From positions 9,486,001 to 9,550,000 of the forward strand of contig CM022672.1 of assembly GCA_012295275.1 (NCBI GenBank): a stretch of DNA of 64,000 bases, read 5' to 3'. Below the pieces are notes generated by a model, which was not told where the DNA came from, made no database searches, and was given only the letters and a program-made list of their open reading frames with translations. Both the position numbers and the translations under genes were made by a program. This stretch comes from Chrysomallon squamiferum. Taxonomy: Eukaryota > Animalia > Mollusca. This document shows positions 11,301 through 27,143 of this stretch, one piece after another (within the stretch, counting starts at the first letter, position 1; each line of letters opens with the position of its first letter).

Positions 11301-14159
11301 GAAAGTGCATACTGAAGATCGCTGTTTGTAACTTTTAAAAAAACAGGCGCCAACTGGCTTTCCATCTACTTACTAATTTCAACCGATGCAGTCATGGATT
11401 AAAAATGATATGATTGTATCGTTAATTAAAACATTTCCTCCTTTGAAATCATTAAAAAAAAAAAAAAATGAAAAAATTCATTTAAAAAAATCTGTAAACT
11501 GTTTCACTTTCTCATTCAAAATATTTCAGTTTTTCAGTATTTGCTTATAAGTGTTTTTGTTTCAGCCACTACGATATGAGTTATAATATCAGCTCAGTCG
11601 TTTCTTAACATAAACCGAAACAAATGATACAGAAGGCGACAGAGGCTTATCAGTTCAGACATCAAAAGACGTATTCATTTCCTTTCGAATACGTAACACT
11701 TTATAACTTTTGCTTTAATCGTCACTTATTTGTAATCTTCCATATCCCCATCTCGATTAATAAGACAGAGAAAAGGTCACTGACGCCCTTCCACAGTTAA
11801 CAGGCTGTTTCAAAGAAGATAAATTTCTAAGTAGCTAACGCCAAGACTAGACTGTCCTTAATATGGCATATTGGAGAGCAGGACCTGTAACGGGAAACCA
11901 TCTCTCTGATCTATGTATGGAAATATCAGACCACCGAACTGCGTCCGGGGCTCGTAGATGAAAGGGACGGAGCAGCCATATATATCACAGAGAAACAGAC
12001 AGATCCGAGTAAAGGCAATACAGTTAGTGAATGGGTTTAATACATTTAAGAAACATAAATTTCCCTGACGTCTTTCGGTGAACGACTTGACAAACGAGGT
12101 GTATTGTCCAAAGAGAATATCTTTCATTAACACGTGTTATAACATGGCAGCTTTTTTTTTCTTCTACTTCTTCTTGTTTTTTTTTTTTTTTTTTTTTTAT
12201 TTGTCTGGTACCAGCCAGAACAGTCAGTTTAATAACAGCAAGTCTCAGAGGCTGCATGATACACGAGTGTGCTCATAACACGTCAAAGATCAGTTTATTT
12301 CTGATAACGTAACATATATGATTGGTTTGGAGAATAAATTGCTTATATCACATATTATATGATCTTCGTGATGGTCTGGAACAAATGAATTATTGTGAGC
12401 TTGTGTGCTTGTGCGTATGTATTAATGCAGATATTTACGTACATACGCACACACATAGATGCAAACATAGATGCAAATATATATACATACCTACATACAT
12501 TCATATATACATATATACATCCATTCATACATGCATGCCTGCATACATACATGCCTGCATACATACATATGCACACACATACATACATACATACATACAC
12601 ACTAGTTTCCCGATTATCATTGTTGTAGCTGCTGATTTTTTAAAACATCAATTGTAGGTAATCCACTGCAAGAAATCAAAGAATTTATCAACATAGTAAA
12701 TAAATGTAATTTAAAAACTGTTTGTAGTAATTTACCTGAGAAATGTATTCTTTTATTCATTCGAGAAGGATACAAATATCTGAAAATTGTTTTGATATTT
12801 CTGAATGGTTAAATCAAACGTGAACTAATTTTTCAAACACACACACACACACACACTCACAGGCATATATATTAAAACACATATACACGCATATATAAGC
12901 GTGTGTGTATGTACGTACTTATGTGTATATACATACCTACATAATTACCACATACTTTTTATTGTAAATATTGTACTGGAATCTGTATTCTATGTTAGTG
13001 AGTGTAATAACGTTATGCTAATTAAATAAACTTTCTATTACTGATACTTATTTGTTTTATTTGTTCTCCAATGGCAAAGCTAAATTAGAACATTGCCATT
13101 AAACGTGATTAGATGAAAATTGAATTATAAATCAGAACATGATGATGACGATGTCTGCGACGTGGCTATGATGGCGATGAAAATTAAATAGAAAATGCTG
13201 CTGATGCTGATGCTGTTGCTGTAGATGTTGCTGTTGCTGATGATGGCACTGATGATGACGACAAAAACTAAGATTTTAGTGAAGATATGATAAGAAGTTT
13301 ACGATGAAGTGGACTGTGATAACGTTTGTGATGTCGACAGCCATGATGTTGAAGTTGACGTTGATGAGATGGTCATTAATAAAAATAAAAATAGGAAGGC
13401 ACAAAAGGAAAACAAAATAACAAGGAACAAAGCCAATTAACTTACTTTTTAAATTGTTTTGATCGATATTGGTTTTCGTTTTGTTTTCGATTTCGTTTTT
13501 TTTTTTTTTTTTATTGTCGTATTTGTATTCGTTTCTCATTTTTTTATCATTATTAACTTACGCTTTATTATTTATTTATTTTATTTTATTTCATTTTATT
13601 TTATTTATTTACAAAGGACAGATACGTGGGATGAACTAAATGACAGGAGACACTTTATTCTGTTACACCGGCAGCCGGCAGACAACTCCTATGACAGACA
13701 TGAGCGTCGATCTCGGATTTTGTCAAAAAAAATAAAAGGAAAAGAAATTAAATTGCTTGGTGCATGTAATAAACGGCGATCAACGGGTTCTATCGTTTTG
13801 TTTTATGTGTACGTACAAGAACCTCGCCAATCGTTAGAGTCTCTGCAGAGTGAAGGAAGTTGTTTATTTATCGAGTTACCAGTCTTCTTCCAGGTCAAGT
13901 TATTTACTCAATGTTTTAACGAAGGTTAACAGTTTAGCAGCAGAAACGAAGTAAGCATTCTCTGAGTTCCAGAAACACAGTGTTTAAGTACAAGTAACTG
14001 TGGCAGCGGTGAAGATTTTTCTTTCCATCTTTCTTTCTTATTTTATTTTTCTTCTTTTTTTTTTTTATTTGTTGTTTTGAGCGATATTTGTTGTTTTCGT
14101 TTTCGTTTTCGTTTTTGATTGTTGTTGTCGTATTTTTGTTCGTTCTTTTTTATTATTAT

Positions 14160-14191
<32 letters not shown>

Positions 14192-14379
14192 CTCTTTCGT
14201 TTTATTGTTTTAAGGGAAATTCTTTCGTTTTTAATTTTATTTTCATTACAATTATTTATTTATTATTTATTTATTCATTTATTTATTTATTTGCTTGTTT
14301 GTTCATTTAGATTTCTACTACTTGTTTCTGGTTTTGTTATTATGTTCACCCTTTGAAATCAACATCGCTTTCTTAAACT

Positions 14380-14670
14380 AATATCTTCTTTTTCTTCATC
14401 AGTATCATGTCAATGTCTTCTCTTCATCGATATCATGTTGCTGTCTTCTTTTTCATCAATATGATATTAATACTTTTTCTTCATCAATACAAATTCACAA
14501 TCTTTTTGTTCCTAAATATTATATTACTATCTTTTTCTTCATTAACATCATTTTGATATCTTTTCATCTTCAGTCTGTCTTACTTTCTTTTTCTTTATTA
14601 ATCTTCGTTTTATCTTCTTCGTAATCAATTTGCTATCTTCTTCGTCATCATGATCATCTTTTTCCTTTAT
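14380..14670. repeat. Degenerate ~29-bp minisatellite
   Basis: Recurring tcttc(t)tttttcttcatca(g/a)tatcatg-like unit. Confidence 0.65.
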
Positions 14671-14749
14671 CATCTCTTCTGTGGAAATACCTCTTTAGAT
14701 ATCATCATCATAAGTTATTGTTATTATTAGTATCTTTATCATTATCATC

Positions 14750-14752
14750 AAC

Positions 14753-14796
<44 letters not shown>

Positions 14797-14935
14797 GTCA
14801 TCATCATATTATTACTGTTATTAATATTTTTGTATCTTCATCATCACTGTTTTTATCATTATCATTATCATAATCATATTATTATCATTGTTATTGTATC
14901 TATTATTACAATTATGATATTATTATTATTATTAT

Positions 14936-15030
<95 letters not shown>
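14750..15030. repeat. Compound (ATT)n/(ACT)n microsatellite
   Basis: Direct observation. Confidence 0.9.
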
Positions 15031-15032
<2 letters not shown>

Positions 15033-15669
15033 CTCATATCATCATGATCATGATCATCGTCATCGTATTCTTCAACTTCTATATTGTCATCTCTTTCTTT
15101 CTATCTCTTCCAAAACAAAATAAGCAGATCAAACAAAGAATGTTAATTTTCGTTTCATTAAGACAACTAATTGTGACCTTTAGACTTGATCTAACAGGCA
15201 TACAAAAACGCTGATAAATACAGATTACAGATTACGACATGCTGCACGACATTATTAGACGTTTTTGAAAGGAAAAGGACCTGAAACGAACTCAGAAATC
15301 CTCAAGCTACCTGGTCACACCCATCTTGATACTTGCGCGAGTAATTAAGAATACATTTACACTTCTTCAATGATTCAGACACCTGCTGAGTAAACATTAA
15401 ACAAGTACAGAAAGAAAAAACCAACAATATCAAATGTCAAAAAAAAAATATATATATCACAACGTATGATTAAATATTTTAACAACAAAAGAGACAGACA
15501 CAAAGAGAGGAGAGATCAGATACACTGAAAACTGGTGACTGTCCGTACGCAAAGTATTAGTTGATTTAGGTTAATAAAATATACATACTTACGTGCATGC
15601 ATACCTACATACGTACATACATACATACGTACATACATACATAATAGACAAATCATATATAAACAAATC

Positions 15670-15705
<36 letters not shown>

Positions 15706-16383
15706 GCATTTAAATACATACATATATATACATACAGTCAGACAATACAGACATACAGACACACACACACACACACATACATACATACATACATAACACA
15801 CTCGTAGATGTAAAGACACATACAAACTTACACACACATACATACATATATTAGTTCCAATGTATGATCGAATCAAAACTTCTGTCTAATATATTGTTTA
15901 ACATCGCCATTTCTTTAACGATTACTCTTATAGATTGCAGTTTCCTCAAAGGAGTTTTAATCTTGTTTCGATGGAAAAATTCTTTAGAGGCAAGATAACA
16001 AATTCAATTATGTTTCTTATTCATTATTTCTCTCTCAGTTTTGAATGCATTTTTTTACAATATTATATATATATATAACACAGATAAATCCTTTCAGACA
16101 TAAAATACATTGTCAAAAATCTAAACATTCTAATCGTATAATGCTCATTTCACCTTATATCTGTCTTTATGTGGTTTACTGGAGATCTTGTACAATTTGA
16201 CATATTTGCGTTTGTTTTGGTCTTACTTTTTTAATATACTCATGTTTATTGTCTATCTTTGGTTAGTTAATGATGATGTTTAAATAATGAATTTCTTCAG
16301 TAAGTAATGTTACTTTATGGATGAAAGCTTTTGTGTGTCAATTTATTGTTTCTTTGTTATTATTATTATTATTATATATATAT

Positions 16384-16414
<31 letters not shown>

Positions 16415-17933
16415 TAACAGACAGACAGAGAGACAGACATATATAGATAGATATAGACATAGGTATACTTATACATATGTGTGTGTGTGTGTGTGTGTTT
16501 GTTTATTAATGGGGCATTAGTAGTATAATTAGTAGTAGATTTAACAGTTGTAAGTGTGGGAGCACCAGTTTTAGTAATATTAATAGAATATGTAGTAGGA
16601 GTAGTAGTAGTTGTTGTAGTTGTAGCAGTTTTTATTTTTGCTATTTTTATTGTTATTGTTTGATGGTGGTGTTGGTAGTGTATTGGTGGTTGCGGTGTTT
16701 TGTAATGAGACCCGATGTTGTAGTTGTGGTAGATGCAGTACTATTAGTAGATATATTAGTTATTGTACTAATTCCTTTTGATAATGTTATTATTCTAATA
16801 GCAATAGCTGTAGTAGTAGTAATAGCTGCAGCACTTGTTGTTGTTGTTTTAGTAGTACAAATAGTAGCAGTAGTAGTAGTAGTAGTGGTTGCAGCAGCAC
16901 TAACTGTTGTTGTTGTTGTTGTTGTTGTAGCTGCATGGTAATAGTGATTTCATTTCAAGAGACTCAAGTCGAGGTTTGCTGAGCAAGATGGAATAGAAAT
17001 GAGTTTTATTTCATCTTTATTTAAAACCTGCACTTTATATTGAAATCTTTTAAACATAAATGATACAAAGCAGATGGTACTTCCTAGAGACTGCAGTCAC
17101 TAAACCAAATATAATAACAGTGTTTACTAAAATAACCAAGACAGCTGGTATATTTAAGTCTTATAATAAAATAAACATATTTGCATTTCTTGATGCACGT
17201 AAGTATGTAAGTATGCATATTTATTATTACTACAACAATACACACACAAACACACACATATTCATATTTGTGTATGTCTGTATCTATGCATATATGCACG
17301 TATAGGTGGATGGAAGTATGGATGGATGGATGTGTGTGTGTGTGTGTGTGAGTACGGAAATACATTTATAGATGTCTATTCATAAATACAAAGTTTTCAA
17401 TAAATGATAGAATCATTAATGCAATAACTTAATATATAGCTTTTTCAATTAATAATCATATACACATACATACACCCACTGATAGAACCTACAGAAGAAA
17501 TAGTCCTGATGTTCGATTACAAAATCTGTAACAGAAATTAGAAAAGTAGGATACCAGGTCACGGATGTAAAAGATTGAACACATTCCATTAATTTCCAGC
17601 TGATAAGCAAAACTAAATTCCGTACATTATGTGAAACAGAAAGAGATCTGCAGAAAATCTTTTCAGGCAATACAAAGAACAAATAGATTTGTGACTAGGG
17701 AGGAATTTAAGAAAGATATTAATTATTACTGACTAGACGTCAATGTCTTACATTTCCACAGTCAGTCCTTACTTCAATACCCATCGGGATGCTAAAAGCC
17801 CAGAGACCAAGTAATTACTTAAATGTATTAATAGTTAACTTGAAAAATGATTTTATGTGTGCTTAATTACATGTAGATTCAGCACAACTGTACAGAAAGA
17901 TACAAACACACACACATACATATCAGTATATGA

Positions 17934-18071
<138 letters not shown>

Positions 18072-18382
18072 GTAAGACGGTTCAGAGATATAAATGGTGC
18101 TGACTTTAGAAATATAAAATAAAATTTTAAATAAAAATCATAGGAACAGTTGTTGTAGTTGTTATAGTAGTTTCTGCTGTTGTTGTACTAATAGTTATAA
18201 TAATAAAGATGATAATGATAATGATAATGATGATGATAACAATAAAAACAGTATTAAAAAAAAATGAAATCTCTTTAAAAAAAAATTCAAACCTATACGC
18301 ACAACACAAACATCTCTTAAAGTAACTGTCCAACCAAGTTTATTTTTACAAATAACAAATAACTCACAAACAAACAAACAAA

Positions 18383-18421
<39 letters not shown>

Positions 18422-18473
18422 AAGTAATTTATAAATAAATAAATAAATAATTAAATAAAAATAAATTTAAAAA

Positions 18474-18518
<45 letters not shown>

Positions 18519-18852
18519 GTCAACGTTACGAGTTGCATACGTTCAGGAAAAAAAACCCTGATCTGATGACTTGATGAATCTAGCAGGATCGCTGTCTGCT
18601 CATCCAGTCCATGAACACGACAGAACCAAGATTCGTGAAAAGGTGAGGGAGAGATAAGAAACGACAAGACGTCTGGGAGTTCACACAAACACAAGAAAGC
18701 AGTCACGCCCATGCAGTGATAAGGCGACAAAGGATCCCCAGACATTGTACATGTGATGACTAAAACAGATCGATTGTCTGTGAAATGCATTAAAGTGATA
18801 GGTTAAAATCAAACCGGTTTTTTTTATTATCATCTTCTTCTTCTTTTCTTCT

Positions 18853-18883
<31 letters not shown>

Positions 18884-19984
18884 TTTTATCTTCTTCTTCT
18901 TTTCTTCTTTCTTTTTTTTTTTTTTTTTTTTATCTTCTTCTTCTTTTCTTTCTTCTTTTTTTTTATTTTCAGTTTTCTTTTTTTTTTTTTTTTTTCATCT
19001 TCTTTTCTTCTTTTATTTTATTTTTTTATTTTTATTTTTATTTTTTTTTTTTTGAGACAAGACTTTCTTGTTACTGAAAACAGAAATGGCGGAAATGAAA
19101 TGAGACTTGCGAGTTGGCCATGCAAGAGATTAAAATCAATAATGTCGAAATATTTGTATTTTGTTTTGTCTTTTATTTTATTATAACTTCTTTTTGTGAA
19201 AGTATGTTTCTTTTTTTTTTTTTTTTTTATTGTTTCCTTTGATTTGGGCCTTGTATGTATGTGTGTTTATATATATATGTATGTGTAAGTATGTATGTGT
19301 GTATGTATATACATATGTATGTCTGAGTGTGTGTTTAGGGCATGTATATATAAATATATATTTGTGTATGTCTATGTGATTGTATTTATGTATATATGTA
19401 TGTTTGCTTGTTTGTAGGTATGTTTACATTAATAAATGTTTTATTTATTAAAATATGTATGTCCATATATGCACATATATAATTACGTTTGTTTTGATGT
19501 CGCTTAATTTAGTCCACCATCTCTTTCTATGTTCGCTATAATAAATATTATTTTAATGTCTTCATCTTCATCTAATCAAATTTGTATCTTTCCCGTTCAG
19601 CTACTTTACTCTGCATTTTCAAATTCAGCTATGGATACTTGATATGACAGAAAGGATAAAGGACATATCCATCGAAAACAAACCAATTTAACAAATGTTT
19701 CTTGTAATGTGGGGAAAAAAAATTAAGGGATTTTATTTTCTCATTCAATATTTCTATTTCAAATATTCTCTGTAAATTGTATCTGACGCATCTACCAGCA
19801 GCACATGTGGAAATAAAATAAAAGAACAGAAATATCAATAGTGCATATTTATTTGTGTCACTGTTGTGAAGCGTAGTCTGTTGGGATATAAATCAAAGCT
19901 GAATAGCAAATGTACCTTTTTTTCTTCTTTTTTTTCCTTTTTTAATTTTTTTTTCTGAGGCTGTCAGTAAGTCACTTTGTCGAT

Positions 19985-20345
19985 CAGTCATCAGTTAGTT
20001 AGACAGTTAGACAGTTAGTGAGTCAGTCAGGTGTTGAATGTTAGTCAGTCAGTCAAGCAAACTGTCAGTCGGTTTGTGTGTCTGTCAGTCAGTCAGCTCA
20101 TCAGTCTGTCAGTCAATCAGTAAGTCAGTACGTTAGTATGTCAGTCACTAGTAAGTCAATATGTTAGTATGTCAGTCACTATATCAGTAAGTCAGTGAGT
20201 ATGTTAGTAAGTGTGTTAGTAAGTAAGTCAGTATGTTAGTATGTCAATCACTATATCAGTAAGTCAGCAATCAATCAGTTTATCAGTAAGTCAGGATGTT
20301 AGTAAGTGTGTCAGTCAATACATTAGTAAGTCAGTCGTTTAGTTA
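19985..20345. repeat. (AGTC/AGTA/AGTT)n tetranucleotide-derived minisatellite with higher-order units
   Basis: Repeated gtcagtaagtcagtatgttagtatgtcagtcactatatcagtaagtcag. Confidence 0.8.
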
Positions 20346-20664
20346 TTGAACAACTTAAAACAAATAGGTTAATAGCTTCAACATTCTTTTTCGATTTAAA
20401 GCAAGTAAAATAAAAATAGACTTAAATAAATAAATATTTGTAAATTAGTAATAAATTTAAGACAATGATCATGAAATTATGTCTGCTGCGTATTCTTCGA
20501 ACTGAATTATTTAAGAAGTGGTCGTGAAGTTGTTGTTGCAATATTGATAGTAACTGCTGTAATAGTAGCTGTTGTTGTAGTAGTAGTTGTACTAGTGGCT
20601 GTTGTAATACTAGTTATGGCAGTTGCAATTATTGCAGAAAAGGAAGAAATACTAACAGTCTTAT

Positions 20665-20682
20665 GATTATTATTATTATTAT

Positions 20683-20730
<48 letters not shown>

Positions 20731-20899
20731 CAGAACTATTAGAAGAACGTGGGCTAGTTGCAATAGTACTTTCGTATAAAAGTACTTTCGTAGGCGTAGC
20801 AGTAGTAGAAGTAGTAGTAGCAGCAGCAGTAGTTGTAGTAGCAGCAGTAGTAGTAGTACCAGAAACAGAAGTAAGAATGGTTACATTAAATTCTTGTTG

Positions 20900-20955
<56 letters not shown>

Positions 20956-20960
20956 TAATA
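20665..20960. repeat. Compound (TTA)/(GTA)/(GCA)/(TAA) trinucleotide repeats
   Basis: Direct observation. Confidence 0.85.
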
Positions 20961-21717
20961 TAATGAAAACAATGATAGTACATTCATTTACGAATCAACA
21001 CAATGGCTTTCTCTATTTCTGAGCAACGGGATGTTTAAAACTAAAATCGCTATTGATTTTATCTTAAAAGCATTTCGCAATCGCGTAAATCCGTGTTCCA
21101 TTTATCACAAACTACAATAGATTTGTATTACAAAAACAAACAACAAAAATAAGTTTTACCTATTTCATACATTTTTAACATGGATTATATTTACTGAATT
21201 AAAAAGTTCGTTTATCATTTTAGCTCAAAATATTTTTGTTTCTGATAAGTACGTGTGTTTGAAGAATAAAGAAACATTTTGTTTTTGTCAGAATGAAAAT
21301 GTCAGATCTACAGAGATTCTAATAATATACAATGCTGTAATTTTGCCGTGCGCTTTTTATGTAATTTAAAGATAATAAAACTGCAGATATATATAAAAGC
21401 ATGAAATGAAGATTACAGATTGAAACTATTGCTTGATGAAATCAGCGAGAAACACAATTTAAAAAAATAATAATAATTATAAACAAGTGATGACGCGTAA
21501 AACACACAAAGAAGACAAAACGAATGAGAAGGGAAAAGAGCGACAGAAGAAAACAGAAGAAAAGGAGAAGAAAAACGCGTAAGACGGAAAGAATCGCTAT
21601 TGCTTTTATTTTTGATTTGAACCGAAGGTCTTACTGTCCTAAAACTAATAATAATAGCAAATATTAATCATTCATCCCAGCCAATTCCACAAAACCTTCA
21701 ATTATTATTTTTATTTT

Positions 21718-21759
<42 letters not shown>

Positions 21760-22553
21760 CTTATTAAGATTTATCGTTTGTTTTTCATATATCACAATTG
21801 ATCTTTGTCGCAAAGGTCAATTCTGTTTTGTCAACAAAGAAAATATTAATAAGACAAGACGAAGAACAAATACGTCTTTTTTAATCTTTCATTGGCTGTT
21901 ATAATTAACATAGCACAACGCACGTTCTGTCTCGTAGAAAGGTGATTTAGTAAACCAACGATGAAAAACAAAAAATGTATTTCTTTTTTATTTTTATTTA
22001 TTTTTTTTTTTTTTTCCTTTTTCTCGATTGTTAACAAAACGAGTTAATTGTTTATAATTCAACAGAGACGTTGAAAACCAGAGGTTGTGAAAAAAGAGTA
22101 GAGTTCGTAATAACAAACGTTTGTTAAATAAAGATTAAGCAGTGAAATCAGTTCTTTAATAATTCAGAAGATGAAGAAATAACAACTGGCTGAAGGCGAG
22201 GAGAAGCAGTTTCTGTAATCAAAGTAGTTTGTTTGTCAATTATTTAAAGCACAATAAATGAAGCTTTTCGAAAAACTGTAATAATACGTAATAAAAAATT
22301 AATTATAGAAACATAATAACGTGTTTATCTTTCTTTTCCATCTGTAACGTTTTATTAGCTGTGGTTCAGTTAAGTTGTTTTTGTGTGCATGGCGGATTGG
22401 CTTTTGTTTGTTATTATTTTTTACAATTCTTTTTTTTTATTTTCTATCAATTTTTTTTGTTTTCTGTTGTTTTCTTCTTTGTTTATCATTATCATCATCA
22501 TCATCATTATTATTATTGTTTTGTTTTTTTGTCTTTGTTATTATTATTATTAT

Positions 22554-22586
<33 letters not shown>

Positions 22587-23743
22587 CAGTAGTAGTAGTA
22601 GCAGCAGACGTAATAGTAGAAGTAGTAGTAGCAGTAGTATTATTGAAATTTACATATACAGACACATGCTTTGTTTGCCGATTTTATGTTTATTTCTTTG
22701 TTTTTATTATTGTTATTGTTTTGTTGTTTTATTTATGTTTGTTTCTTTTTCGTTTTACTTTATTGACTTTTTTCAGTCTATAAATTTATTATTGGCTTTC
22801 CATTCACTTGTATTATTGTATTATCTGAAGCATAAAAGATACTCTTACTAATGTGGTTATTAGATACTGTTCACTTGATAACGTTTTAATATTGAACAGT
22901 CATGAATATACTGCATTACTACGACTGCTTTTAGCATTAGAAGCATTTCGTAATATAGCATACATTAGTGTCAGAATTAACGTAGACTGGTATTTACCAT
23001 TAATACTTCTTGTTTTTTTTAAATCTTTTTTCTTGTTTCTTTTATTGCTGAGGGTAGATTTGGTGAAAATGTGACTTGGAAAGGTATTTTTTAAATTTAT
23101 GTTTTTCAGTTTCACGTTTGTTGTTGTTGTTGTTTTTTGTTGTTTTTTTTGTGGTTTTTTCTGTTTTTCTTTTGTTGTTTTTTCGTTATTTCTGGGTTTT
23201 GAGGTAATTTTTTTTGTTATTGTTGTTTCTTTATTTTTTTTCTGTTTTGGTTTTTTACTTATTTTTTTGTATTGGGTCGGTGTTTTTTGGTGGATTTTGT
23301 AGGATTTTTTTGTCTCTTTTCTTAACTTTTCTTTTTTGCGATGTCGTGAAGGGTCGACTACTGTAAGACTATCGTTATCAGGATATCATCTGACTGTAAT
23401 TGGTAGAGAAAGACTCTGATCCGTCAAAGTGAAAATTTCCTTCCAGATTACAAACCTAATCATTTTAACATCCAGATGTGACATTTAATGGTTACTGAAA
23501 CTGAGTGACAAACACAGCGAATAACAGTACAAAACAATAAAATATCTACTTCTTCATTAGTTCTGTATAAAATATAACCACTGTGAGTGAATTAACTTTT
23601 TTATATGTATTTATTTACTTATTTGTTTGTTTGTTTAATCATTCATTCATTTATATTTGTGTATGTATATATAGGTGTATGTTTGTATGGTTGTATGTAT
23701 ATATGTTTGGATTTTGTGTGTGTTTGTGTATGTATGTTACACA

Positions 23744-23745
<2 letters not shown>

Positions 23746-23803
<58 letters not shown>
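23746..23803. repeat. (TC)n microsatellite
   Basis: Direct observation. Confidence 0.95.
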
Positions 23804-23809
<6 letters not shown>

Positions 23810-24686
23810 CCTTGATTTCATATGACCGATATGAAGCACAAGAAATTATTAATTAACTCAGTCATAAAGGAAGGATGAAATCCGGCAGACAACATTTCAT
23901 TAAAAGTTCATTACTGACCTATTATTAATTCTTAGTTAATATCATCTTGTTAATTAAGTACACTTTAATACTGTTAATCGGATGATTAGATCACAAAGGC
24001 CTGTGAAACACCTGACTAATGAGAAGACCAAGAGGATGTACTTTGTACTAAGTGGAATTCAAGCAGATCTGACTTACAATTTGCATTACGTGATTTTGTA
24101 CACGCTGAAGTCTTGGTTATTGAAATATAGTTAATAATATTTTTAATGGTGTTATATGTTTCACGTTTTTTTTTTTTTTTTTTTTTTTTGTTGTTGTTGA
24201 TTTTATTTTATTTTTGTTTATTTTATTGTATTTATTTATTTACTTATCTATTTATTTATTTTGTTTTTTATTTATTTACTTTTTATTATTTTATTATTAA
24301 TTATTGGGGTTTTACGTGTTTGTGTTTTCGATTACTAGTATTATTATTGAATTTATAATTATTATTATCATCATCATCACATTCATCATCATCATCATCA
24401 TCACAAATTAATGTTTTGTGATTCATATTAATGCTTTTTTACATATTTTTAACATTAGTTACTGTTACAGTCTTAACACATTAATTATGGTTACTGTTGT
24501 TGTCGCTGCTGTTAATGCTGCTGTTAATGTTGTCGTTATCATCATCATATTTGTTATTATTTTGTTATTGTTATTACATTATTATTATTATATCGACTAC
24601 TGCTACTACAACAACTACTTCTACCAATATTACTGTTACTATTACTACTACTACTACGATTATTACTACAACTATCACTGCTACTA

Positions 24687-24689
<3 letters not shown>

Positions 24690-24777
<88 letters not shown>
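24690..24777. repeat. Compound (TAT)n-(TAC)n-(TGC)n microsatellite
   Basis: Direct observation; neighbouring units differ by one substitution. Confidence 0.92.
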
Positions 24778-24778
<1 letters not shown>

Positions 24779-25729
24779 TAATAAATAAAACCTTAATAAA
24801 TAAATTATTATTGACGGCACGACACTAAATTTTCTCCTAACCGTTATTCTCTGCTGAGACAACGAAAATAAAAAATCCATTTCGTTGAAAAAAGAAAATT
24901 ACCAGAATGTCACAAAGTTACGTAGAAACAAAAATCATCAAATCAATTGTAAAGATTCTCAGGCATGCACAACAACAGCAACAAATTAGTTTTAGAGTTA
25001 TATTTTTACAACGTTGCTGACGTCGCAGAAATAGAATTAGTAATGATAACTGCTAAGTTCATTTTCTTCTTCTTTTTTTTTTCTTCTTTTTTTCTTTTTG
25101 TTTGTTATTGATCAGAAATAAAAATGATGATGATGATGATTATAATGATTATTACAGAAAGTTAAAGACGACGACACCAATGATAAGAATGATAATAACA
25201 ACAACAGCTACAACAATAATAATAGTAATGATGATGGCAATGAGAAAAATAACAAAGCAATAACACCACAACAACAACTATGATGATGGCGATGATGTTG
25301 TTAATGATGATGATGATGATAACTAATATAATAATAATAGTAGTAGTAGTAGTAGCAGGAGGAGGAGTAGAAGTAATCGATGATTATAAAGAAATTATTA
25401 AAACAGTGACAGCAATACTAACATTACCGTCATCATCATCATTATCACATTCATCTATCTGTTGGTATCAAGTAGGACAAAGTATCTTAAAGCGCAGCTG
25501 TTGTGGTCAAAAAAAAAAAAAAAAAAAGTTACTGTTAAATTTTGTATATCCCACCGTTTATTATTTTGTTTGTTACCGGTCACTAAAGTTTAATAATAAT
25601 AAAGTATAATAGTTAAATATCACTCTTGTATAATGAACAGAAACTGATAATTACTTTCGTTTTGCCATATAATCAATTATATAAACTAAAGAACTGAACA
25701 CTTGGTAATAATTTAAGAAATTCAGTTAG

Positions 25730-25829
25730 AGGAGGAGAAGGAGGAGGAGGAGGAGAAGAAGAAGAAGAAGAAGAAGAAGAAGAAGAAGAAGAAGAAGAAG
25801 AAGAAGAAGAAGAAGAAGAAGAAGAAGAA

Positions 25830-25880
<51 letters not shown>
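25730..25880. repeat. (GGA)n-(GAA)n-(GAAA)n polypurine tract
   Basis: Direct observation. Confidence 0.95.
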
Positions 25881-25881
<1 letters not shown>

Positions 25882-27107
25882 GAAGAAGAAAAAAGAAAGT
25901 ATACGTGCATCGCCTCGCACTTGATACTATACTGTTGCTAGTAAGACATATATAAAATAGATCTAGGCCATTTGTTTCTACCTCGTGATCTTACTCTTAA
26001 GTTTAAATTTATTTTTCTCGACATTTCTAATCCATGTCAAGGAATGAAATAATCAGTCATTATTTATATGTTTGTCACCAGTGGGTACACATCAGAAATA
26101 CTGGCATTCAGTAAAGCACGTCCGAAAATCTGCAAGAGATATTTATCTATCTAAATTAGAAATAGTTTGTAAAAGAAATCAATCGAATCGCGAAATCGTA
26201 TTTAATCATTACACTATTGTCACTGGTGTCTAGATGTCTAGAAGCGAACACAGCATCCGTGACAGAAACCACTGGCTTTGTTAAGCGAATAGGATTAAGA
26301 AATACATTCAACGTGACAGGAACATTTATTATGTGGAACTAAAAAGGTTGACACCGGCAAAAGCAGACACATCTTGCAGTTTAAATCAATCTGACGCTAG
26401 AGCAAGGGAATCGCTCCTCCTCGTGTTATCAACGTCGGAAATTTATTTAGATTAATTCCGAGACGAAGTAGAACGACAGCGGGGAAAGACGAAGTATAGT
26501 TTGATGATAACAACTGAATTTGTTTATTGAACTGTTCATTTTATAACTCGTTTTTATTACTATTTGAAAAACAGAATAAAGAGCTTAAAGACAAAAATAG
26601 ATGGAAGACTGAAAGAGATATAGATGGGAGGGACAGAAAGAAGGAATTAAAGGAATAAAAGAAAAATAGAAAGTAATTGAAAAAGAAATGAAAGAAAGAA
26701 AGAAAGAAAGCATGGAACGAATGAGAATGAAAGAAAAGATGAGAAAGAATAAAGAGAGAAAGCGTGAAAGGAAAGAATGAGAGGAAAAAGAAAAAAAGAA
26801 ATGACAGAAAACCGTCAAAAAGAAGAGAAAGAAAGAAAGAAAAAAAGAAATTCGTTAAGAAAGGAGTAAACTGGAAACAAAAAACTAAAAATGAAAAAAA
26901 CAAAGAAAAATAAAGAAAGAAACGAGAGAAAAATAGTAAAAACAAAATCAAAACAAAAGACAGAAAGAAAGAAGTAAACTAAAATTTTAAAAAAGAAGAA
27001 AAAACAAAAAAATAAAGAAAGAAGCGAGAGAAAAATAGTAAAAACAAAATGAAAACAAAAAATAAAATAAAATATTATAAATTAAAATAAAACAAAAACA
27101 AAAACAA

Positions 27108-27143
<36 letters not shown>

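Noticed and set aside
18467-18790. 107-aa minus-strand ORF, and a plus-strand ATG...AAG|GTGAGG candidate first exon
   Set aside because: No recognisable domain and no partner exons; the ORF ends in a poly-T-derived Phe run.
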